Shown piece after piece: positions 1-11,012 of a stretch of DNA of 36,102 bases. The DNA lies in the NCBI GenBank assembly GCA_030167865.1, contig JALAGF010000227.1:1-36102 (forward strand), read 5' to 3'. The translations under genes and the position numbers were made by a program. Under the pieces are notes generated by a model that made no database searches, was not told the DNA's origin, and was given only the letters and a program-made list of their open reading frames with translations. The first letter of the stretch is position 1. Each line of letters starts with the position of its first letter. This stretch comes from Craspedostauros australis (taxonomy: Eukaryota).

Positions 1-169
1 ATACTTCAGTGCGAAGCTGGCTTGTTGTCTTGTTTCGCTGATCTGTTCTTGTGGTTTGGGTTGGCTTGCGTCACTCCATGCGAAATAGTTTTGTCTGTTT
101 CTTCACGATCCAAATGTCCGTTATATTCGACCAAACGTCCGTTAAATAGTTCGATAAATTCTTGAGTTT

Positions 170-361
170 TGTCCGGTCTGTCCGGTTGATTCGTTTGTTT
201 TGTCCGGTCTGTCCGGTCACTTTGTCCGGTTTGTCCGGTCTGTCCGGTCGTTTTGTCCGGTTTGTCCGGTCTGTCCGGTCGTTTTGTCCGGTATGTCCGG
301 TTTGTCCGGTCATTGTGTCCGGTCTGTCCGGTCTGACCTAGTTTCTCCGCTTTTGTCCGGT
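170..361. repeat. Tandem array of TGTCCGGT (16 copies) with a 31-bp higher-order unit
   Basis: Copies counted by eye at 170, 179, 201, 210, 223, 232, 241, 254, 263, 272, 285, 294, 303, 316, 325 and 354. Triplets of 9-bp units plus a 4-bp linker recur at 223, 254, 285 and 316 (period 31). Confidence 0.95.
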
Positions 362-3300
362 CTCTCTCGTGCCTGGACCGACGACAATTGAAGAGCAATA
401 GCGTAACCCTATCTACGATTTTCAGGATTTCAGGCGATTCACTTTTCTGTCTCAACGCAGTGTATTAAGTCCCGGTAAATTAGGTCACGATCTAGAAACG
501 TGAAAATCGGACAAAATGTTGGGTGTTCCAGAGAGAAGAAGAGCCTTGTGAAGGCTCCGCGCATCTGTTCCCTGACTGAGCACTCCATCCACGAACTTCC
601 TCGGCATCAAGGAGCTTTCTTAGTCCCGCACAAATTGCCAAAACTGCTCATTCGGAATCCTTTTTGCGCCACAAAACACAAGACGCAGCATTGCAGGGCA
701 GCACGAGCATTGGCACGGCACAGTATTGGTGGGAGCTGAGACGCAATGAATGATGGAAAACCCAGCACAGCTTCAGACAGTACACCGCGTGACGAGAACG
801 TACGCCATATCGAATGAGATGTGATACCGTGCCACACATTGCACATCAGCTGCACAGGGAAGGCGTGTTGTGGCGTCATTGGGTGGACTACCATTTTGCG
901 CCCCATTCGCAACATCATCGCATCTTGGGAGAGCACAGAGCACGCACTCAGAAGTACGCAAGAGCGAAGACAACGATATTATCTGTGATCATTGCTTGGT
1001 TGGACCTGCTTGGTTGGACCATCTCTGAGGAAATGCACGCATATTTATGGTACGGTTTACTGGCACGACGGCTGCCTCGGCTGGTTCCGAAGCTACAGAA
1101 TGGGCAAGAGATAGATAGATAGAGAGCTGCTCCATCTCACGTTGTGGCAGGACCTCGGCGATGATCGGAATGCGTTCATGATGGCTGACAGGAGCACTGC
1201 TCACTGCATCGTGCGGATACGAACGCTGTGATCCTGCACCTTTTCAGATTGTGCTTTCAAGTTTCGCTGTCACACAGCAACGAGAGAGACAAGAGTGACA
1301 GCGCACGGGCAGTACCCTCAATTCTCCAACACGCATCAGTGAACTCGCCTCCTTCTGCGCACCGCAAAGATATCTGAGCCAACTGATCCAGCTCCAGTTT
1401 GAATGCGGAGGTCCTCCTCCAAGAGGTACATGTGGAGCGCCCAGCGTCTGTTGTTCACCTTCAACTTCACTGAGCTGCCTCCCTACGCTGCCAAAGCCAG
1501 ACATCAACGACACAATGCGCCTCGATACCCACACACACACATATTACATCATACACACGGGCGTGCATGTGAAGGATGGACCGTGAAACCAAGTCTCTGG
1601 TTGCAATGTCCTCCTCCCTCCTTGTATCCCTTCCGCCTCACCACACCTCACCACACCTCATGTGGCGCATGCCGCGCGGTCGCAAGAGTGGCCGTTGACA
1701 GGTGCGCCATTGAGTCGTGCTCGTACTTCAACATACATGACTGAGAAACATTGTCTGGACACAACGACTCATCCGACCGGTTCATCTCGACAAATACAAA
1801 AAGTCGCATTCGCCGATTCTGACGTTTCGGATTCGCTGTGCACGAATCAGCAGCTTCGGCGGTTTGGGGTCGCAGTGATCAACTGCAGAAACAACACGGA
1901 ATGCCCAGTCGTGGATGCACCACACCGATCCAAGATTGGTGTCCGCAAGTCACAAAACGCACCACCAAGACCAGCGAATTTCACACAAGACACGACATGA
2001 ACACCAACGTGAGGCACTCACTCTGCGTTGCTCGCACGGGCTCTGGAGTGCACTCTGCAGCTTCGGTTGCAGGCCTGGGAGCGGCCAGCAGCAGGGATCC
2101 CACCATACAATACGATCCATGACTGCGTATGCCATTGTGCGAAGCGTGCCATCGTTGTGCAGTTGATGACAGATTTGAACAGATTTGCTTCCTTGCAGCG
2201 ACTACACGTACTACTCGTAGCCGCTACGCTCGGGTTTGAGAAATCACAGCAGCACCGGTCGAGAGTTCATGGGATGGAACAGCGTATGAGCGGGTAGCCT
2301 GAACAGTTGTAGAGCATGCGTGTCAATGATTCAACGCTGGTAGGGGGTTGCGATTGTTGGATGAGCAAACGATGTGTTCCTGTGAGAGGAGGAGGATGAG
2401 ACCCGCAGCTGCGATGCGAGAGCTCCGAATGCAAGCATGAATCCAAGTCGAAGTCGAAGTCCAAGTTCTCATTAGGGATATTATTCTTACAAGTGGTCCA
2501 AACACATCTACGCTGGTCAACACTTCACAGGCCAACCATGCCCGAGTGACGAACACAGTTTTGCTTGCGGAGGGAGCTCAAACGAATGAAGCTGTTGTGT
2601 GCGAGGACTCCCATCACCAAAACCGTATTTTGGTTCTGCGATTGTCAGCGCTTCTTGCAGACGCGCTTGTTGTGGCAGCGCGAAGTCCGCATGCATTTTT
2701 GCAGGTCCGCACCCAGAGAACTTGCGCGCTTGTCCGGATACTTGGCTTGCGGAGAGTCACCATTGGAATCGTTGCACCCGCCGCGTCTCGCGAAAGAAGG
2801 CGAGGGGAGAGCTCTGAACACATTTGGGGCGACGTGGACAAGGATGGGTGTCGGTTTCTCCTGGCCTTGTTCTCCGTCACATGACGGATAGCACCTTGAT
2901 GCAAGCCGACAACAGAGGAGGGAAAGTTCATTCACTGTGGCCAGGGGGAAAGAACTCCTTCGTCGCGAGTATCGTCGTGACTGCCCGAACCGCAAGCACC
3001 TTTGAGGAGTTGCACAGAGCGCAACTGGTGGAGTAGTCGTAGGTCGTAGAGAGCAGTACAGTTCGGTACCATGGATGCAACTCGCGAGCTGGCCAGTGAA
3101 GGGGGAGAGACAGCGAGAGAAATGGCGAACGGCGCTGTTGTGATCGTTGATTCATCTCTTGTTGGTGAAATTGATCGCCTTGGTGGGGAAGCGAAGATGC
3201 GCGTCCATTCTCACTTTCCCTCTCCTTGTGGGGCAGGAGGTTGGAGCCGGCCACGGTTCAGATCGTGGCGGCCAAGACGCCATCCCAACCAAGAAATCAT

Positions 3301-6300
3301 CCCAAAAAGGAGAGAAGAGGATCACGTCACTTCTGGTTCATCTCTGGGAAGCAGCCTCGTACCACCTTCGACACAACTTCGGGACAGCATTTGGATCGAT
3401 GATTCGCAGCGAACTCCTCCGGGCACCGACCCATTCGTATGGCCTCCTCTTGGCTTCATGTTACGAGTACGCTGCGGATAGAGCAGGTTTCATTGGATTG
3501 ATTCGTGCAGTTCTGCCTGTGATGAGATTCGTGCTGACACAGCGCGAGACCAAACGAACTCGGCGATGGTCAGGAGAGTGCGTTTGTGTCGCCATGAAGT
3601 GTGAATGGTGTGATTGAATGGCTCCATTCGCAGCTGGCGCGAGCTGAGGAACAAGGTCGGTGTCACATTGTTCCGCGTTTTGGCGACTGAGGCGAGACAC
3701 TTCAATCTCTGTCACTCTCTCTGTTGATACAGAGAAAGAAGAAAATGACCCGTCCAAGTTCGCCAACAAAACACCGAAAACGATTCGACAAACAAGGAAT
3801 GGTGGGCAAAGTACTCTACTATCACACCTTCCTGCGTAACACTTATTGGAGACGGAAAGGGGAAGGGAAGGGATAGCGATGCCCTCACAATGTGCAAAAT
3901 GCGAACCACCTCTTTCGCCAGAGCGGCTTCGTGTTTCCTTCGCAAGCGAAAGAGTACGGGTGCGCCTTGATGATTCCGGCGAGAAGTTCGCTTCTTTGCG
4001 ACAACTCTGTGCCCTTGGGTGGGTTAGCATTGCTTGTACTCGCAGCAGGGGAGCGCGATGCTAGGAGGGAGCGGCACGTTACCGTGGACATGACGTGCTA
4101 ACAAGCATGGCTCGTGGGATCCCTTGCGAGTGCTTTGCCCGAATCGCGCTTGGACAGACACGGCGCATCCACAAACCAATAGTTTAGCCGAGAGAAACGG
4201 CGAACGCGGAATCGTGTCGTGATAGCCGAAATGCACAAACCAAGCGAGGCTCTTCCTGTGATCAGTCGTGTCGCCACTGTTTGGATGCGGCTCCGCTGCC
4301 GGTTTGCATGCTGCGATCTCTTCACCAATACTGCAAGAGGGGCCTTGTCCACTTGCGCAATCCTGCTACAAGCACGTGCAGATCGTAATGGATGCCTGAG
4401 GTGGGTGGCGCCTCGTAGAAGCTCCACAAGCATGCTCTTTCTGCGCTCTTTGGAGTTGTTGCCTTTGCTTTGCCGCCGTTGTGTGCATCGTCGCGCTATG
4501 CTCTATTCTCTCGATCGTAGAATACGACCGACTGTGTGAATACGTCAAGAGGAAAGTCCAGCATCGGAATAGTACTCGCCGCGTATCGCGCCATTTGCTG
4601 GCATTCCAATACAACTGCGACACTTTGCTCCTATCGCGGGCGAACGCTTTGCAGAGGATGCTACAATGACGAAGCCGGCATCAAATGATCGCAGGGCAGA
4701 GTCATCGTTGAGTGTTGAGACCAGAGCGCGAAAGATGGTATTCGTGTGAGCTCTCTCTGGGCAGGGAGGGAGGGAGGGAGGGAAGGGGTACGAGCCGCCA
4801 TACACCAACACGATCCCTGGCAAGCGGAGAAATCGCCATAGCCGTTGCTGGCTGCGGATGAATGAATGGGATCGGTTCGCAGTTGGTGTTTGGTGGCGAG
4901 GTATACTATCTACCCAACAGATGGAAGTACGAGTACGTTCGGGTGCGTTGGAGCGGTATCACCAAGAGACAATGGCAGAAGAACGCTGCTGCCAAACAGT
5001 GTGGAGATCGAAATGGCGCTGTCAGCATCCTCATTCGTGTTGCTCAGTGGTCTTGTGCGGATGCTTCTCTTGGTTGCGCCTTTGTCGTGATCCTTGGAAA
5101 CGATGAGCTCCAATTGCCTGTGGATGCGGATGCTCCTTGAAGTCTGTTGACGCTCAAGGAAAAGAAAGAGCTGGGCGAGCAGAGTCTTCCATCTCGTTTG
5201 CAGCACCAAGGATGCAGACACGTGACACAGACTTTGGATCTTGGCTTCCTCCAGGTTGAGCCTCCGTGTTTCTTTTGGTGCGGACCATTGCACAACTCCT
5301 TGTCAGGGGTGGCGGCTGCACACAACAGACAATAGACAGCAGACAGTATGCGGAGAGCGAATGTATTGGTGGTTGAGCAGAGTCTCTCTCGAATGAATGC
5401 CTCATACCGCTCACCAACATCCACGACAACAGCGAGGACAGAAAACGCCTTGGAGACATAGCGCCTGGAGTTCAACCAAGACACGGGATGGTCGGTGCTG
5501 GTGCGATGCTTTAGGTGCTCGAACTATTCACACATAGTACTCGAACCAGGAGTCATCATTCCCAAGCCTCGATCCTTCTTGTGTTCTTCGCCAGGTTGAT
5601 CTGATACCGCTACTACCGCATAGATCTCGTTTGTGGCAATGGGAATCTACATTTACTTATGCTCTTCTATTTATGCTCGCTTCTTCTTCGCCTGCTCCAT
5701 TCTCAACGAATCTAATCTACCACTATTGGAGTTTACTGTCCCATTCTGCACGCACTAGGAAGGAAGCCCGACTGCAACAACGAAACCAGCGTGTCGTTTT
5801 CGCCTCCTTGAGTGCGTGGACTCGACTTCACGCATGTGAGGACAAGTGTTCGCCGCTCCTGCTTGTACTCCAACTGATACGTAGACAAGTTCGCACGGTA
5901 GGGCAGGGAACAACGGAGACACGTCTTGCTCATTGTTCGGAGCGAAAAGACGCGAACAGCCTCGCGAGTGTTGTGGCGGTTTCATGAGATCGTGACGAAA
6001 CTGACGCTGGTGCCCCTCAGCTTCTTCTCGGCAGGGTCGGACTGCCTGGAGAAATCTCCTTGGACTGAGCACGGCACAATCCCGTATCCATCCCAGTGAG
6101 CGACTGGTCGATGCGGTCTCTACACGAGTAGCAGATCGCACGCGGATGTACCTCAAAGTACGAGTAGTTTCAGTTGCACACAGAGTTGTCTCAAATCAAT
6201 AGAGGTATTGAGACATACGTATACGCGTATCCGGCATATTTCTGTTTGGAGGCGCCAGCGACCATTCGCTTATGCCGCCAAGGACATTCAGAGTTGCGCT

Positions 6301-8005
6301 GTTCTTCATCTTTTTGTTTCTTCCGTGACATCAGCTCGATTGCGGCAGAGCTTTCATGCACGGTACAGCGCGAAACACGACACAGCGCAGAGTAGATGTC
6401 AGCATCAAGACTCTGTTGTTGAAGGGCGGTGAACTCGACGAAATGTGCCCTTTGCTCTTGTCACGAAACTGGAGCCAAATCCAAGGATTCGATGTTCGTC
6501 GAATAACTGTGTTGTTCACCAACATCGCCGTCGCATTGGCGACCTTGGCGAAGCAAGAAGCAGACAAGCTCGCACGTATTCAAAAGACACTTTCAAATAA
6601 CTCGGATTTGGTTGATGCAGTGTCACCTTTCGCTTTTTGTTTGTGCCGTTGCTCGTCCATTGTTCTTGCTTGCTTGTGAAAGTGAAAGTGAATTATGCAA
6701 GGTGGCGAGGCGCGCTTGTTTGGTGTGGAATGGCAAAGTGCTCTCCTTAGTTGTTCCATGGGCAAAGGCGAGAATGCATGCAAATGAGGGAAGGTTTCCT
6801 TTCGTGATCCTGTGCATGGTCGTGGTCATGGTCAGGATGAACCCTTCTTCACCTTGATTCCTTTGCGTACCTGTACTGTCGAGGGTGTTAGGTCTCACGG
6901 CTGCTGAAGCCTGCGCGTGTCTGCTCGTCAAAGGATTTCACGATGCCACGGCGGGTGGATGGCGGGAACGCTCCTCAAGGAGTTCGTGGTCTGCATGGAC
7001 ACGGAGTAGATGACCACAAACGAGACACAACTCCATTGGCGACTCCATGCCCTTTTGGATCTTGCCTGCTTAGTCAATTTCCGTCTACTATACTATTAAT
7101 ATATATTCAAATAATAGAATGATCATAAGCCACAAAGGCAGGACCTCAAACGGGTCATACAATAGATATTAGATATTGGTTGCGATGCAATTGCCTACAC
7201 GACGAACCCGCAGATCTTCTTGTCCTTTCATGTTGTAACAAGCAGGAACCAAGGGGAGGAAACGAAGAAACAAGGAGGGCAAGGTGGTTTCTGACCATCG
7301 CAGTTTGTATCCACGTCAAGGCGCAAGTGTGGCGAGAGATCTATCCCAGGTCTGGCTTATGTGTTGAACATGCGTGGAGAGTACGGTATGCATGTATGAT
7401 AGATAGGTGTGCAGAGACACATGTTCCTGGAGGGTGAAGGGGTCCGGACCTCTCCAAGGAAAGAGACAGGATGCGCTGAAACGGAGCACAGCGGACAAAG
7501 CACCGCACTGCCCTTTCGCTGTTTCGCACATCCCATTCTCGCTCAAGAAGCACTCCTGCCTGCCATCGGTGACTTTGTGAGCACAAACTGGCACTCGACG
7601 CGACTCCATTTCAATTCTACGGTCATCACACACGCAATCGTCTTCGTTGCCAGAAACCTTCCAGTTTGGCGGGTGCTGACTTCGAACTGATTTTATGGAT
7701 TTATTTGCGGCGATCCATCACACTGCCATTCTGTCACAGCGAACCAAGTGTGCACTTAAAGGCGGCCCGCCACACGAGCTTCTCCACACACTTCGCTTGT
7801 CACCGGCGAACAGTCTGAAAGCGATGTCGGATGTTTTGGCAGTCGCTCCAAGCCGGCGGAACACGCTGAAGGCGGGGCTGCTATGTTTGGATCAACCAAT
7901 TGACAAAATACAGAACTGAGGTACAAAATCAGTCACTGGAAGACCGGCGAGGAGACATCGCCCGCACGGGGACGAGAACACGAGAGAGATTCTGCTGTGA
8001 CGAAC

Positions 8006-8354
8006 GGACATTCAATCCCGAGATTGTATCCAATCGTGCCATCACAACCAGCTTCGGCCCCAACACATCACGATGAAGGAATCGAACTGTGCGAACTTGC
8101 CGACAGAGCTGACAGGGTCGATCGTGCCCCATCCCAGATTGGCTGCGCCCTCTGTTGTGAAGCCAAGCGGGAAACAAGCAGAACGAAAGAGCACTCTGTT
8201 CTATTCTATTCTACCCCACTTTGCTCTGACTGATCTCCCTGGCAGATTCGATGGCCGGACCGGTAAGGGTTGGCGGTCTACTCGTCGAGTTCCAATTGAG
8301 TTTACCTTGTCCAATTGGACTTGGAAGTTAAGCGACAACTCCATCGAAGGAACG
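8006..8354 (+). pseudogene. Decayed leucine-rich-repeat (plant/diatom receptor-type LRR) gene fragment
   Basis: ELTGSI (8106-8123) is followed, after a 5-nt offset, by PSQIG (8129-8143) in another frame. VPIEFTLSNWTWKLSDNSIEGT (8289-8354) fits the LxxLxLxxNxLxGxIPxEIG consensus. HHNQL lies upstream. Frameshifted, with no intact gene model. Confidence 0.45.
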
Positions 8355-11012
8355 AGCGAACAACGATGGTGGCCCTACCTGCATCGCCGAGAAGCGCCTC
8401 ACAACAGAAGTCCAAGTGAGATCGCAGCCCCGAAATCCAAGGAGGAGGCGGTCGTCACACTCCCCGTGGGGACGAAAGCCTTCTTTTCGGTTTCGGAAAC
8501 GGACAACGCGATGGAAGGAGAAAGCGAGTCTGGAAATCGCGATGTGTTCATACCGCACCGCATCGGCATAGCATCGCGCTTGGTAATTGCATCACACCTC
8601 TCTGCGTGCGGCAATTGCTCGCTTTCTCTGTGTTGCAGTTGCATTCACGTTGGAATGCCATCAGCGCACCCCTACTACCTACAGATGCAGTGCTTTGCCA
8701 CAGGTACTCCCTGTTATTGATTAACTCTGCCGTCCAACTCGAGGAGGAAGCCGGCGGCAACGTTCGGTAGTGTGTTCCTTGGTACACAACATCACGGAGC
8801 TGAATGACGGTGGAAGGTCTTGCGCGCGGGGCGGCCCAGGGTGATTGTATTTTTTGGAAATGGGAAACAGATTCTCCTCACGGAAACTCATTGGGAATGC
8901 CGTGGGCAGGAAAGTCGGAACCGCCCAAGTACAACGCAGCGGCACCAGTTTGTGCAGTGATACACGACAATAAGCACTCTGCCCTATGCCCTCGCAACAG
9001 GGAATCGTTCGTACTACAGCACTGTACTGCACTGTACTGTGCTCGTCGCAGTATCTGTGTCTTCATGTGTGCGTGTCTGCATTCGTTCTTGTAGTAGTAC
9101 TGGTACATGGACACCACAGAGTACACGATTAGGGTGGAGCACTCTCTGTTTCGCCTGGGAGTAGTTTGTGGTTGGCGCACGGCGCATCGTGACACTGGCG
9201 ACGGTATTGGCAATACGGGCGATGGCATAATTTCTGTTTGGCGTGGACAATGTCATTGATATTGACATTGGCAATCGCGCTGGCAATATGTTGTTCGCGT
9301 ATGTCAGTGAGCGCACAAGTACTACGTATGAAACGATCCGTGGAGCCGGACTGATATCGGCTCTTACAGCGAACGCATCATTGACACAGACAAAACAGGA
9401 CAAACGGATCTCGCGTGTACAAATAGTCTCATCGCCAAGCGACAAAGCGAGACGAAAGGACAGAACAAGAAATCCAGTGTGGCCTTGATCATTGCCCCCA
9501 AGAAGAAAACGCTCGCAAACGCCAGTGGCAACGGCCCCTCCCTCCGAAAGCTACATTTATGCGCCATTTCGACGCCTTTCTTGGTCACACTTTTCTTTCT
9601 TTCCTCTGTTTGTGCGCGTGCGTGTGCGTGTGCGTGTGAGCGAGTGCGAGTTGGAGGATGACGATTGACATGTTTCTGACGCGCTTTGGCCGATCGCGAT
9701 AGCGATAGTGGTAGTGGTAGTGGTTTTCTTCTTTCCCTCTCTCTCTCTGTCTCTCTCCCTCTTGGCCTCTCTGTTGCTGCGTTCGCACCGACCAAGTGGC
9801 CAGCCAAGCTGAAACGTCAGGAACTCGTCGGCCTGTGTCAAGGAGCCATCGCCGCGATGTTTGGGGAAGAGTTTGTTTGCTTGTTTGTCAATGGTAATGC
9901 TGTCCAGAGTGACATCGGCAGTGACGGTGGTGCCTCCTCGACCACGTACCAGCGCTCTGCCGCGCTGTGCGCATCCCTGACGTGCTGGATCGTGCGTCCC
10001 CTCCACAGCATAGGCCCCATGGTCGGCTTGCACAGCCCGTCTGGTTGCCCTTCCCATCCATCACGTGTTCACGCTACCGCCAACAAAAACAGGGAAGCTC
10101 GTTGGGGGGAACAACCCGGCAAGAGTCCGCAGCATTCTGCAACCTTCACGACAGCCTCGGAATCCCGTTCTCCAACACGCCGGCTCCACACCCTTGTCCT
10201 TATTCTTCCTTAATTGGGCCCTTGCCTTCCCTTGCCTCTCTTCTCTTCTCGCCTCTTCGCGTGGTGTGAACAGGAGCCGGAAAACAAAAACTCTTTTGGT
10301 GTGTGTTGTTCTGCTCTACGTGTTCGCACTGCGAGTACCCATCTGTGCAAGTGCCTGGGTGTTCAGAGCCGCGCCAGCTACGTCCCCACATCGGTACCCG
10401 CGCCAGGTACTTAATGCAGGCTAAGTATCAATGCCATAGCACACACCGGTACTCCCTTGTACTTTTGCGCAGAGAAGCGCATATGTTCAACACGCGGTTG
10501 TGGTAGAGTAACTGCAAGGAGTGCAGAGAGAGTACCGCAGAGAGGAGCATTCCGCGATGATACAACCACTCCGGTGTGATCTGCTCGCGATGTCCCATGG
10601 ATGTATTGGCGCAAGGTGCTTTGCGAACGTGTTTCTGTTGTTGGGTGAATCAGATCTCATTCGTCGGCAGCGCTCACACAATCGAACCCAGCGAAGCGAA
10701 GTGAGAGAGTGAGTGAGTGAAGTGGACCTCCACAAAACTGCGCTTTGTGTCCACAACCCTCACGATTCGCACAACACGATCGCACTCCAAGACTGCGTTT
10801 ATGGCCCATCACAAATTACGAAACACGAGCAACAAGAGCTGATCTGTTCACAGAGAAGGTACCGAGACTCTCTTCAACTGGATTACAGCGTCAGACTCAG
10901 CTACAACTCCCACAACTTTGGAACACAACCAAACCAAACAATCACCCTCACAATACACACAATACACACAATCCACAATCCACACAACCTCCACACAAAG
11001 TACAGCAGCAAC

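Noticed and set aside
170..361. CRISPR-like or telomeric array
   Set aside because: Units are 8-9 bp with no unique spacers, the context is eukaryotic, and the motif is not TTAGGG-like.
6..455. ORFs with TGQ/PDR/DRT repeats (149, 80 and 63 aa)
   Set aside because: Translations of the TGTCCGGT array, open in several frames on both strands. No coding evidence.
3885..4010. ELLAGIIKAHPYSFACEGNTKPLW (minus strand) resembling a Myb/SANT-like helix
   Set aside because: Too short and degenerate, with no supporting downstream motif.
6500..6535. ITVLFTNIAV resembling the nucleotide cyclase VTVLFxDIxGF motif
   Set aside because: The catalytic Asp and GF are absent, and no other cyclase motif follows.
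10713..11012. 100-aa N-terminal extension of the kinase in the ORF track
   Set aside because: Non-ATG start and CA-rich low-complexity sequence typical of 5' leaders in this window.
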